64,000 nt of DNA from Eledone cirrhosa (lineage: Eukaryota). Under the pieces are notes generated by a model, which did no database searches, was not told the origin of the DNA, and saw only the letters and a program-made list of their open reading frames with translations. Made by a program: the position numbers and the translations under genes. Shown here piece by piece: positions 1 through 13,068 of the stretch; position 1 is the stretch's first letter, and every line of letters starts with the position of its first letter. The stretch covers positions 193,750,001 through 193,814,000 of the forward strand of contig OZ024740.1 in assembly GCA_964016885.1 (NCBI GenBank), in the 5' to 3' direction.

Positions 1-567
1 TGACTTATGAAAGTTTTAAAAATGTAAAAGCTGTAGGTCCCAATGGTTTGAATGGAAAGTCCCATAACGATTGTTCTAAAAATAAACAAACCATCATCAA
101 AATCTCATCAATTCGAGACTGCTGCGAGATTAAGCCCTTGACGCGAAAATTAACACTTAATATAGTGAAACAAGTTAAAACAACAAGTGTTTTTTTAACT
201 TTGAAAGTGTAACAAAGAATAAGCAAGAAACAAACGATAATATTAGTCATTTATCTTCAAATTAATCTTATGTTTATATTTCTGAAATTTCATCCGACAA
301 TGATTGTTGTTTTAAAATTGAAAAGGAAGGTCTCCATACCACACTCTCTTTATAAGGATTGTCAATAAAGTTGGTTATCTCAATTTTGCTACCGATAATT
401 TTGATATCGATTTTGTATTGCTCAACGTGGGTCGAATGGAAATATTTTCGTGATGTGAACATCTTAGCGACCTGTGCAACGTGCACAGAAAATTTGGTCA
501 ACTTCGGTTGGTAATTGTAAAAGCCTTAGGCATCCAAAGTTGTACACAGACACATCCTAGCTTTTAT

Positions 568-826
568 ATATATAAAGATATTTCAAGGGCGACCAAGCAC
601 ATCTTCGTGCGCTTTCGTCAGATAAAATACAAAATTTGTTTTATAAATAGTGACATAACCATGGAAAACAACCTTGACGGTTCAAAATTCGCAGGATAGA
701 CTATCCAGCTAATTTTCAACCGTCATGCTTGTTTTCCATGGTTATGTCACTATTTTTAAAACAAATTTTGCATTTTATCTGATGAAAGCGCACCAAGGTT
801 GGCTTAGTCGCCCTTGAAATATATAT
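568..826. repeat. Foldback element, ~100-bp inverted arms, each with a hammerhead-like core
   Basis: 568-673 is the reverse complement of 729-826. The + arm reads CTGATGA(779-785)...GAAA(816-819); the - arm reads CTGACGA...GAAA. Confidence 0.8.
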
Positions 827-970
827 AATAAAATAATAATTATGGTTTTATGAATATAGTTTCCATTTATTAATATATTGAATGTTTACTCCAATAGCTG
901 TTGATTGCTCTATATCAGTTATAAACTTTTCAAGTTTGTTGGAATTCCAACAAATTAAATATAACTTCTA

Positions 971-1162
<192 letters not shown>

Positions 1163-1189
1163 TATTGAAGTTTCCGTTGAAAATTGAAA

Positions 1190-2900
1190 AAGTCATAGGA
1201 GTGAAGAGTGCTCTATGTAAGTACCAGAGCAAAATGTAATGTATAATAAACAATACAATATAATTACCTGATTACCAGAGTTTTCCCGAATAAGACGAAT
1301 ACGAAAAAAAAACGTCCTCATTCGTTCATCGGACAAGGTAATATAAAACATAGTGAAATATTTGGAAAGTCTCCTCAAGAAATGCAAAAAATATATAAAT
1401 AAAAGTAATGCAAGCGATATATCAAAAAATATAAAAAAATATACAAAAGATATAAGGAAATATAGTTAGGTATGTGTATATGCATGTATATACACTCACA
1501 AATGTACATATGTGTGCATGTACAAATGCATGTGTATGGTGAAAATGTGTGCGTAAGTACATATATGAGGGCAAGTATATTTGTGTATATGTGACCACAA
1601 ATACGGATATAATATGAGTTGAAAGAGATGATGATATAGTTGACACGCATCCAGATACAGCTATTAAATACACATACGAGTATGGAAGCACGCGTATAAA
1701 CACACACACAGGCGCGGTCACTTATATGCGGAAGATAAAGGGGGAAGGGAGTGTAATAGTGAAAAGAAGTGTCATTCTCGGTATATGTATAAAAATGAAA
1801 CAGTATATGAGAATGAAAAAAATGTTTAAATGAAAGAGAAAGTAATCAATTAACACTAGAGAAAAGAAAACAAACATAGGGACGCACGTACATACACATA
1901 TATCTATAAATAACATATATCTATAAGAATACTTATACACACAAATACGTACAGACAAAAGCGCATGTATGCGTACATACATACACACGAGGCACGTATA
2001 TATATATATCTCGCCCCATGTATATCTAATCACACGTACATACGCGACTATAATTTCATATACACACACACACATACACACCCATGCATACGTATACATA
2101 TATACATACATACATACATACATACATACATACATACATACATACATACATACATACATACATACATACACATTCACGTACATTCACCCGCTTACGCACG
2201 CACGTAAAAATAAGAATGTAAAAAACATAGATGTAAAAACATAGATATAAAAACACATATATATACACGTACGCACGCAGACATACAGAGGCGCTCGTAT
2301 ACATATACAGAACGTATACACACATAAACACACTCAGACATATAGATACAGAGTATGAAGCAGCATTATGAATAAATGAGTACTAATGTAAAAACTGCTG
2401 CGAAACAACAGAATATATCTGGAGTGGAAAACGTAAGTGACCTGTGAAATCAGGTAGTGAAAGAAAATGGGGAAGTAACATGTGCAATGTGAAGTTATTA
2501 GGTAAGTGAATCGAAGAGTAGGGGGGGGGTACTGGTGGATGTGAAGTAAAAATAAAAATAAAATTAAAAATAAAGTTAAAAATGAAAGTAAATCAGAAAG
2601 AGAAGTCTGTAAAATAAATAATTTAAGGAAAGTGAAGAATAAGAGTTTATGGAGGATAAGTATCTGAAAGTGAGTTAAGTTTATATGAGCTGGAAAGCAA
2701 GTGTGATTTCATGTGTGGGCAACTGGTGAAAATTTCCGTTTTTGTATTTAGGCAGGTTTTTGGTGATTTAAGGTTTTGTAAAATCCAAAATTTTTCCCTT
2801 ATGCAGAGTGTGCATCTTCTTGTTCCTCTTGCATATTATTTAGATTGGTTCAACATTGACCAATCCAATTTATATTGGATACCTTTGTCTTTTAAATCCC
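1190..2900 (-). mobile_element. Penelope-like element 3' fragment (endonuclease C-terminus plus 3' region)
   Basis: Minus strand ~2890-2700 translates KGIQYKLDWSMLNQSK*YARGTRRCTLCIREKFWIL...LNTKTEIFTSCPH, matching the CxLCxxEK...LN...C.H tail of PLE GIY-YIG domains. A degenerate HHR-like motif (CCGATGA...GAAA) lies at ~1262-1333. The left boundary is inferred. Confidence 0.65.
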
Positions 2901-2938
2901 ATATTCTGTTTATTATACATTATATATATATATATGAG

Positions 2939-3117
2939 GTGGATTGGCAGTATCGGTGGAGGGTCAGACACCATGCTTTCCAGCATAGTTACGTCCCTTT
3001 ACGATCTGAGTTCAAATCCCGCCGAGGTTGACTTTGCTTTTCATCCTTACGGGGTCGATAAAATAAAGTACCAGTAATGCACTGGGTAATTGCTGGCCTT
3101 GTGCCTACAGTAGAAAC

Positions 3118-3120
<3 letters not shown>
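2939..3120 (+). mobile_element. tRNA-derived SINE
   Basis: A-box-like TGGCAGTATCGG, B-box GAGTTCAAATCC, conserved core CTTTCATCCTTACGGGGTCGATAAAATAAAGTACCAG, tail AGTAGAAACAATT followed by (TA)n. Many near-identical copies occur in the window. Confidence 0.9.
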
Positions 3121-3179
<59 letters not shown>

Positions 3180-3254
3180 CCTTATCGAGCCCTCTTCACA
3201 TTTATTATTATTACTATATATGTATGTATATATATGTGTATGTGTGTTTGTGTA

Positions 3255-3303
<49 letters not shown>

Positions 3304-3814
3304 ATGTTTATATATATATATATATATACACGGGATAACAGATTATTGTTGTAGGTAGTCCACTTAGGTGTAGTCCAGTTAGGGTACTCCGAGTAGTGGA
3401 TGGTATCACCGCTTGGCTAAGTTTGACTCAACAAGGCGTTTCCATAGTGATGTTGCGAGTACGCGGTGATTTCTATGTTGTTTACACTTGGAGTAATGAT
3501 AAATCAAGAAAGAAGAGTGACACGGTTTGCTATATAATAAGGGCTTTAATCAAATATAAACACCTTCACTATTCGCCCTTATTATATATATATGTATATA
3601 TAAATGGAATAATAAAATTTCATTCCTTACTTTAGTACGGCTGATACTTAAATATAAGTATGTATACGTACATATATATATGTATGCAGACGTACAGTAG
3701 TATGTATATACATACATGCACACATATATATATATGTACGTATTGGTTTACCAAACATTTATTTTAACGCTCGGTTTGTTTTTAAACAAACATCCCGAAT
3801 TATTAGCCGTACAG

Positions 3815-4304
3815 TGTATATACATACTACTGTACGTCTGTATACATATATGTATGTACGTATACATACTTATATTTAAGTATCAGCCATACTAAGAGTG
3901 ACAAATGAAATTTCAATTTTTTTCATTTATCGTCTTCGGTACGCCCGGCTGACTAACTCACTCGATATGCAAATTAGGCTAACCAACCGTTAAAATGCAT
4001 AAGGAAAGTATATACTTTCAAACGTTCAATCGACTGACAGGAAGGTACATGGTGCTGATGACACCTAATAATCTAGAAACTAGTTCATCGTTCCTTTGTC
4101 AGTGTTGAACAAAATGGCAACGATGTTTACCGAACACTGTACGGCTAATAATTCGGGCTGTTTGTTTACAAACAAAGCGAGCATTATAATAAATATTCCG
4201 TAAACCCATAGGTACATATATATATATATATATAAGTGTTCGTGTATGTATGTATATACATACTACAGCACGCCTGTATACATATATGTATGTACGCATA
4301 CATA

Positions 4305-4310
<6 letters not shown>
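3815..4310 (+). mobile_element. HHR-containing ~454-bp repeat family (candidate retrozyme), ~1.1 units, preceded by an inverted partial copy at 3610-3815
   Basis: Homologous to 51940-52790. Octamer at 3967-3974; HHR core CTGATGA(4055-4061)...GAAACTAGTT. Confidence 0.85.
4038..4095 (+). ncRNA. Type I hammerhead ribozyme motif (stem II weakened)
   Basis: CAGGAA-ggtaca-TGGTG CTGATGA C ACCT-AATA-ATCT A GAA ACTAGT T CATCG-TTCCT. Confidence 0.7.
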
Positions 4311-4390
<80 letters not shown>

Positions 4391-5298
4391 AGCACGCGTG
4401 TGTGTGTGTTTGAATGTAACTTGTCTTTCTATAATTTACTACAGAATATATCTATTACTATGCTTTACTATTTGTGAATAGTCAAGGTGTTTATATTTGT
4501 CTATACAGAGTGTTGGCGAAGATCTCGAGATATCTCAGGTTATATATTATATCTTTGATAAAATAGATTGTCATCACACAAATAATGTATCTGTCCACGT
4601 TATCAAATATTAACAACTGTCATATATACAACGATAAGTGTACCGTCATTCTATATTTTTTAAAACATGTTTATGTTTAACATAACTCTGTAAAATATAA
4701 TATATATTTCATGTAAAACAGGTTTGATACATATATAATGAAACAATTATTTGCATTCGTTTAGCCTGAGAATATATTCACTCATAATTATTTTCTTTTA
4801 CCTAACCTCTATGAATGAGTATATCGCAATCTAGAACCCGAAAACGATATTATAAAGTTTTAAACACCTCTTACACTTCTTTTCCCATCAAAACTCATTA
4901 CAGAACAAGAGCAAGTAATATACAACATTTGTATAAATATTTGGATATAGCTTAATTTATCTATATTTTCAATATACAGTTTTTCACTTTTACGTTGATC
5001 TCTATGGAAATACTACACAACTTATGCCACATATGAAGCAACACATGTGCATACACATTTCTTGTGACGGTGATTCTTACTACCAATACAATAAACAATA
5101 TTTAAAACATCGTTATGTCTCCGGGAGTATTCCATAGAATCGTAACATACCAGGCATATTTACAACTGTATATCAGTTGATAACTATCACTTTCTCATTT
5201 CGACTACTAGACTATGTAGCGATTCTATCAAAGAAACTATTAAATATTGAACATTTAGTTAATAAAAAGAGAATAATCGTGTATGTTGTATATATATA

Positions 5299-5342
<44 letters not shown>

Positions 5343-5430
5343 GAAAAATTGAACAGGGACAGAACAGAGAGGCAGTACGATAAATGTTTATTAAATTCAC
5401 GCTCAGGAGAGTGGGGGGTAGGTGGGGGAT

Positions 5431-5458
5431 GACGTTTCGGGCATAAGCCCTTCTTCAG
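5431..5458 (-). ncRNA. Minimal PLE-type hammerhead motif
   Basis: Minus strand CTGAAGA A GGGC-TTAT-GCCC GAA ACGT C, with a palindromic ACGT in place of stem III as described for PLE HHRs. Stem I is not evident. Confidence 0.75.
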
Positions 5459-5560
5459 GTGAGAGTTCAAAAGGTGTGTAGGGGAGTGGTGGAGAGACAT
5501 ATAGCGAAAGGAAACGGTGCGAATGAGAAATTAACAAATAAAGACAAAAATATAATAAAT

Positions 5561-5749
5561 AATTGTTTCTACTTTTAGGCACAAGGCCAGCAATTACCCA
5601 GTTCATTACTGGTACTTTATTTTATCGACCCCGTAAGGATGAAAGGCAAAGTCAACCTCGGCGGGATTTGAACTCAGATCGTAAAGGGACGTAACTATGC
5701 TGGAAAGCATGGCGTCCGACCCTCCACCGATACTGCCAATCCACCGCCC
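5561..5749 (-). mobile_element. tRNA-derived SINE
   Basis: Reverse complement of the 2939-3120 family. Confidence 0.9.
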
Positions 5750-6493
5750 TAATATAATAAATAATAAATAAAAATAAAGCATGATCAAAATACAAGGAAT
5801 GAGAAAATTTAAAAATAAAGGCATGATCAAAATAAACTGAAATTAAAAGGGGGGTAAACAGGTGGTGGAAGGGTGTGGGGTGAGTAGAGGTGGTGGCGGG
5901 TGGAGTGGGGAGAGGGAGACGGGGTGTCCGAGCGGGGAGGGCTGAAGGTGGTGTGTGTGGTTAGGTGAGCGTGTGTGTGTGTGTGTGTGTATGTGAAAGT
6001 AAGGGTTGGGGGAAGAACGGGGTTGCATGTTCAGGAAGGTGTGTGTGGGGGGTGTTTTTGTGGGTCGGAGGGTCTGTGCGTGTGTGGATAGGGGGGTGGG
6101 GGGAGAGGAATCAGGGGGCTGAGGGTGTAGATATGTGGTGGGAAGCACGTGTGTGGTTTAAGCGTGCTGTGGGTGTGGGTGGCGTGTGGATAAAAAAAAT
6201 TGTTTTGGGGTGTGTGTGTGGGTGAGTTATATAGGTGATGGTGTAAGAGGATGGTTGAAAGTGGTAAGTTACACGGATGTATGGAGATTTTGGTTGGAAG
6301 TCAAAACGCGTGTGGGTAATCCAGGAAGCGGTGGTCGGAAGAGGAGAGATGTGGGGTGCGCGCGCAACAGGAAGTGGTCAGCAGTGGAAGTGCTGTGGTC
6401 GGTTGGTGCTGAGACAGTGGTCGGAAGGGCATAGCAGCAGTCGGCGGAATGGTAGAGAGGCGAGGATGGGTAGGTGTGAGAGTTGGAGTGAGG

Positions 6494-6528
<35 letters not shown>

Positions 6529-6998
6529 TAGTAGGGGTGTTAGTGAGATGAGTGAGTGTGGAGTGGGGAGAGAAGGGTGTGTGTGGTTTTATGGAGGGAG
6601 TGTGGTGTGCTGGTGTGTGTGTAGTTTGGTGAGGAGGTGTTAGTGGGTGTTAGTATACGGGAGGTAGGGAGGGGTGGAATGCAGCTGTCTGTGGGGGTTA
6701 GTGGGGGTAGGGTGTGTAGAGTTGGTGGTGTACGAGGGTGTGTGGGTACGTGTGCGTGAGGTTGGAGGGTGTTAGTGATGTTAGTTGCGTGTGGGGTGGG
6801 TGGTGTGTGCGTGTGATAAGGAGGGGGGAGGAGGAGAAGAGGGGAGGGAAGGGATGTTAGTATGTTAGTTGGGGAAGGGTGGTCAGATGAGGGGTGGAGT
6901 GGAGGTGTTAGTATTGTTAGTGTGGGGTGGGCGGTGAAAAGGAGGGGTGTGTTAGTGGTGTTAGTGGGCTATAAGTGGGGGGAGGGGGCGGTCGAACG

Positions 6999-8073
6999 CT
7001 AAAGGAATAAGGGTGGGGAGTTCAGGCCGGGGGGAGTGTGGGTCTGTAAGATGAAGATAGTACGTTGTTCGACCGTAAGGTGATGGGCGGGTGTTGCGTG
7101 GCACTGGAGTAGGCCACAGACTGTGAGATGGCGTGCGGAGTGTCCAGGGCCATCAAAGTGGCAGGCGATGGGGGAACTGCCTCCGAGACGAATGTCCCGG
7201 AGGTGCTCCGTGACTCGGTCCGCCAGGCGGCGTCCCGTGTGTCCGACATAAGTCGCGCTGCCCCTCGTGCAACGAAGTCCGTAGACTAGGTTGGAGGAGG
7301 TGCAGCGGAAGGCATGCCGGACCGAGAGAGGGTGGCCGTTGGGACCCTGGAAGGTGGTGGTGTTGGTGATGTGGGGACAGGTGTTGCAGCGGGGCCTAGA
7401 ACAGGGGAAGGAACCGGGGGGGTGGAAACGGAGCGTGGGTTGAGGGGTAGGGAGCTGTGGACGAGGAGGGTGCGGAGATTGCGTGCGCGTTTGAAGGAGG
7501 GGAGTGGTGGGGTTGGGAAGATGTGGGAGGTGGAGGGGTCGGACTAGAGGTGTCGGAAGAGGCGGCGGATGGTGCGGTGGAGGGGTAAGGTGGAGGGGTG
7601 GTAGGTATGGGGAAGGGGAGACGGTGGATGTGCGGTGGCGTGGGGTGAGGGTGGTGGAGCGGGGGATAGCACGGGCGCGGGTGAGAGCGGTGTGGACGGG
7701 AGAGGGGGGGGGGGTAACCTCTGCGGATGAAATGGCTGACTAGGGAAAGGGCCTGGGACTCGAAGTCAGCATCTCGGCTACAGAGGCGGCGGATCCTAAG
7801 AAGTTGGGAGTAGGGAATGGAGAGTTTAGTGTGGGTGGGGTGGGAAGAGGTGAAGTCGAGGTAAGAGTGGAAGTCGGTGGGTTTTAAGAAGGCGGAGGTG
7901 ACGAGGGAGTGGTGGGAGGGGTCGAAGGCGACGGAGATGTCCAAGAAGTGGACGTGGGTGGTGGAGATAGAGGTGGTGAAGTGGAGGGAGGGGTGGAAGG
8001 AGCAGAAGAAGGAGAGAAAGGAGTCGAGCTGTACTCGGGTGAGGGTCGTGGCTCCGATACAGTCGTCAATGTG
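6999..8073 (-). pseudogene. PLE reverse transcriptase (from the IDD motif) plus GIY-YIG endonuclease, frameshifted
   Basis: Manual translation: HIDDCIG...FLDISV...KPTDFHSYLDFTSSHPTHTKLSIPYSQLLRIRRLCS...RGYP. After a frameshift: FRCTSSNLVYGLRCTRGSATYVGHTGRRLADRVTEHLRDIR...IACHF...EQRTIFILQTHTPPGLNSPPLFL*. Confidence 0.92.
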
Positions 8074-8706
8074 AAGATAGTACGTTGTTCGACCGTAAGG
8101 CGATGGGCGGGTGTTCCGTATATTTCTGGGATGTATACGTGTGTTAGTATGTATATCATATAGATCTATGTAAAAATATTACTTGCTCTTGTTCTGTAAT
8201 GAGTTTTGAGGGAAAAAGAAGTGTAAGAGGTGTTTAAAGCTTTACAATATCGTTTTCGTGTTCTAGATTGCGATATACTCATTCATAGAGGTTAGGTAAA
8301 AGAAAATAATTATGAGTGAATATATTCTCAGGCTAAACGAATGCAAATAATTGTTTCATTATATATGTATCAAACCTGTTTTACATGAAATATATATTAT
8401 ATTTTACAGAGTTATGTTAAACATAAACATGTTTTTAAAAATATAGAATATCGGTACACTTATCGTTGTATATATGACAGTTGTTAATATTTGATAACGT
8501 GGACAGATAAATTATATGTGTGATGACAATCTATTTTATCAAAGATATAATATATAACCTGAGATATCTCGAGATCGTCGCCAACACTCTGTATAGACAA
8601 ATATAAACACCTTGACTATTCGCAAATAGTAAAGCATAGTAATAGATATATTATGTAGTAAATTATAGAAAGACAAGTTACATTCAAACACACACACACG
8701 CGTGCT

Positions 8707-8799
<93 letters not shown>

Positions 8800-8802
<3 letters not shown>

Positions 8803-9285
8803 TATCTATACGTACATACATACATGTATACAGGCGTGCTGTAGTATGCATATACATACATACACGAACACTTATATATATGTACGTATGGGTTTACAGA
8901 ATATTTATTATAATGCTCGATTTGTTTGTAAACAAACAGCCCGAATTATTAGCCGTACAGTGTTCGGTAAACATCGTTGCCATTTTGTTCAACACTGACA
9001 AAGGAACGATGAACGAGTTTCTGGCTTATTAGCTGTCATCAGCACCATGTACCTTCCTGTCAGTCGATTGAACGTTTGAAAGTATATACTTTCCTTATGC
9101 ATATTAACGGTTGGTTAGCCTAATTTGCATATCGAGTGAGTTAGTCAGCCGGGCGTACCGAAGACGATAAATGAAAAAATTGAAATTTCATTTGTCACTC
9201 TTAGTATGGCTGATACTTAAATATAAGTATGTATACGTACATACATATATGTATACAGACGTACAGTAGTATGTTTATACACTGT
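8800..9285 (-). mobile_element. HHR-containing ~454-bp repeat family copy
   Basis: HHR at 9002-9059 (minus strand CTGATGA C AGCT-AATA-AGCC A GAAACTCGTT CATCG); octamer at 9123-9130. Confidence 0.85.
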
Positions 9286-10408
9286 ACGCCTAATAATTCG
9301 GGATGTTTGTTTAAAAACAAACCGAGCATTAAAATAAATGTTTGGTAAACCCATACGTACATATATATATATGTGTGCATGTATGTATATACATACTACT
9401 GTACGTCTGCATACATATATATATGTACGTATGCATACTTATATTTAAGTATCAGCCGTACTAAAGTAAGGAATGACATTTCATTATTCCATTTATATAT
9501 ACATATATATATAATAAGGGCGAATAGTGAAGGTGTTTATATTTGATTAAAGCCCTTATTATATAGCAACCGTGTCACTCTTCTTTCTTGATTTATCATT
9601 ACTCCAAGTGTAAACAACATAGAAATCACCGCGTACTCGCAACATCACTATGGAAACGCCTTGTTGAGTCAAACTTAGCCAAGCGGTGATACCATCCACT
9701 ACTCGGAGTACCCTAACTGGACTACACCTAAGTGGACTACCTACAACAATAATCTGTTATCCGGTGTATATATATATATATATAAACATACACACATATA
9801 TACATATATATATATACATAGCTATTGACCAGTTAATTTTATTGATCATTTTTTTGTCGATTCTATTGAATGATGAATAGCTCCTGTTTATTTTAACATG
9901 ATTATTGAGCACTCTGATTCGATATGTGATATTTTGTATCCCCACATGATTTCCACATTACCGATAATTTTTCGCTAATATAGAGGTTATCTCCCTCGCT
10001 GGGCACCATGTGCGTGATTGGCTAAAGGTCACTTCTTTATTTGTCGGACGCAACCCGTTGATAAAGTTCTTCCGGTTCATTCGTTCCCTAGAAGTCTTAT
10101 ATATTTTTATGTGGGCTGATAGTGAACGGATTAAGGAATTGCAGAAACCCAAGAAGCTAGATTTAACACCTTTCTAGCGGGTCCGGGTGAGTCTTTTACA
10201 TTCATTTAAATTATTGATTTATTGATATTTTATTTGAGTGACCCGAATCTTCCTGGTCGTTCTTTTTCGGCTGCATGGGTGATTTTAGGCATAATCTTTA
10301 TGTGTTGGTATTTTAACGATAGTTATAGCTCTGATTTATCTAAATTATTGAGCCCTCTGCCACTCATATCGTTAATTCGTGAGCTGATTTTCCGATACTC
10401 GATTATTC

Positions 10409-10481
<73 letters not shown>

Positions 10482-10570
10482 TACACAAACACACATACAC
10501 ATATATATACATACATATATAGTAATAATAATAAACGTGAAGAAGGCTCGATAAGGATAAATATATATAT

Positions 10571-10603
<33 letters not shown>

Positions 10604-10605
<2 letters not shown>

Positions 10606-10792
10606 ATTGTTTCTACTTTAGGCACAAGGCCAGCAATCACCCAGTGCATTACTGGTACTTTATTTTATCGACCCCGTAAGGATGAAAGGCAAAGTCAACC
10701 TCGGCGGGATTTGAACTCAGATCGTAAAGGGACGTAACTATGCTGGAAAGCATGGCGTCCGACCCTCTACCGATTCTGCCTATCCACCGCCC
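10604..10792 (-). mobile_element. tRNA-derived SINE
   Basis: Same family as 2939-3120. Confidence 0.9.
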
Positions 10793-10954
10793 AATAATAA
10801 TAATAATATTAGCCCAAAGTAATCAAACTCGGATATATTCATGTTTTCAATACAGTAAAGGTAAAAATAACTGGTAATAATTGTTTACACACATCTCACT
10901 GTGTAACACACTTCTATTTGTGTAATATATTTGTATATACATATATATTATGTA

Positions 10955-11085
10955 TCCCGACCGTCCCCTCAATCTATCTCATTTCTCATTCTTTCTTTCG
11001 GTGAAGGATTGGCGTCCGAAACGTTTAGACCCTCTTACTGCTATATCCCTTCCATATACACTACCGATTGTGTTGTTATTTAATA
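10955..11085 (+). mobile_element. Solo PLE 3'-terminal fragment with decayed HHR
   Basis: Homologous to 25200-25375, 36960-37065 and 55080-55240. Reads TCGGTGA AGGATTGGCGTCC GAAACGTT at 10998-11025. Confidence 0.65.
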
Positions 11086-11130
11086 CATATATATATATAT
11101 ATAGTTTTAACATATATAGTTTTAACATGA

Positions 11131-11180
11131 GATTCTACAGGAGTAGAATTGTTTCATTCTTTAGAAATCATCAGGAAGCT
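11131..11180 (-). ncRNA. Hammerhead motif at the end of a decayed PLE-like fragment (to ~11580)
   Basis: Minus strand AGCTTC CTGATGA T TTCT-AA-AGAA T GAA ACA...TGT A GAATCT. Same family as the 41041-41160 palindrome. Confidence 0.6.
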
Positions 11181-11604
11181 GGGTATAAAAAATAAGTATG
11201 GTATTTATAGGTCTCTTCAGGTGGTAGGAGAGGGTAGGGAGTGGGATGGGTGTAGGTCATTGGTTGATAGAAAAGGGAATTCATTAAAAGCTAATTCTTC
11301 AAAGCTATAGTTTATTTTTAGAGTAACACAGGCAGAAAGAATTCTATAAACAAGTCCAGGATTGGGTGCCACACCTTATTTTAAAATCTCTCTTAAGCTA
11401 ACAGGTGTCTATAAGATCATTGGGGGTCAGTCATGGTTGATGGATTTAAATAAAAGTGAAATTCTTTAAAACTACAGTCTTTAAGGTTCTACTAAGTGAC
11501 AAAGGCCTAGAGAATTCTATAGACGAATTCAAAATATTGAGTGCATATCATACGATTATCTTCAAATTTCTCTTAAACTATTCAACTATATGCCAAAAAT
11601 CAAC

Positions 11605-11761
11605 AGACACATGCACAAACACACTCACTCACACATTCGCGCGCACCAACATACACCCACACATACATATATACATACATACACACATACACACACATAC
11701 ATATACATATATATATACACATACATATATATACACATACACATACGTACATATATATATA

Positions 11762-11792
<31 letters not shown>

Positions 11793-12040
11793 ATATATAT
11801 ATACATATATATACACACACACAAATACACACATATACGTACACACATACACACATACATATACATATATATATATATACACACACACATACATACATAC
11901 ACCTACATATACACATATACACACATACACACATATACACATATACATGTACACACATACATACATACACATATACATACACATACATACATATATATAC
12001 ATATACATACACACACATATATATATACACACATACACAC

Positions 12041-12091
<51 letters not shown>

Positions 12092-12128
12092 TATACATAT
12101 ATGCACATATATATATACATATATACAT

Positions 12129-12203
<75 letters not shown>

Positions 12204-12624
12204 TACATATATATACATATATATATATATATATGTACACATATACACACATATATATATATACACATACACACATACATATACATGTGCACACGCGCGT
12301 GCGTGCGCATGTGTATGCACCTGCAGATACACATGTGTATACATATGTGCACGTATGTGCACATGCACATGCACACATGTACACATGTACACATATACAC
12401 ACACGCACACATACGCACACATACATACATACACATATATATACATATATATATACACATATACACACACATATACACACACATACATACATATATACAC
12501 ATATATACATACACACACACACACATATATACATGTGCATGTGCATATATGCATGTGCGCATACGCATGCATGTGCACACGTGTGGATCTGCGCATGCGC
12601 ACGCATGTGTGTGTATATACATAT

Positions 12625-12685
<61 letters not shown>

Positions 12686-12701
12686 CATACATACACATAT
12701 A

Positions 12702-12738
<37 letters not shown>

Positions 12739-12788
12739 TCATGGGTGTATACATACATGCATCTGCATCTGCACACACACACATACAT

Positions 12789-12851
<63 letters not shown>

Positions 12852-13000
12852 GACACACATATATATACATATATATATATATACACACACACACACATAC
12901 ACGCTAGCACACACATACAGATCCACAAACACATACACACACATACACACACATATATACACACATATATATATATATATATACACATCCATATACACAC

Positions 13001-13065
<65 letters not shown>
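11605..13065. repeat. Compound (CA/TA/CATA)n microsatellite field
   Basis: Direct reading. Confidence 0.98.

Positions 13066-13068
<3 letters not shown>

Larger units (their letters stand above)
2939..4921 (+). repeat. Left arm of ~2-kb inverted duplication (partner 8176-10792)
   Basis: 3331-4921 is the reverse complement of 8176-9763 with few mismatches. 2939-3260 matches 10475-10792. Confidence 0.95.
5380..8115 (-). mobile_element. 5'-truncated Penelope-like retroelement with long C/A-rich 3' region and terminal HHR; interrupted by a SINE
   Basis: RT/EN homology at 6999-8073, low-complexity 3' region 5840-6990, HHR motif at 5431-5458. Confidence 0.85.
8176..10792 (-). repeat. Right arm of inverted duplication, with an extra ~0.6-kb segment (9820-10410)
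   Basis: Reverse complement of 2939-4921 apart from 9820-10410. Confidence 0.93.

Noticed and set aside
1-572. Possible Helitron-like 5' end on the minus strand (TATATATAAAAGCTAGGATGTGTCTGTG...) and short ORFs
   Set aside because: Resemblance is only impressionistic; no 3' hairpin/CTAG end or Rep/helicase sequence is visible in the window.
2939-3030. tRNA gene suggested by A and B boxes
   Set aside because: No cloverleaf; it is the head of a multicopy SINE.
9820-10410. Extra segment in the right inverted arm as a coding mobile element
   Set aside because: Short ORFs show no motif I can recognise; left unclassified.
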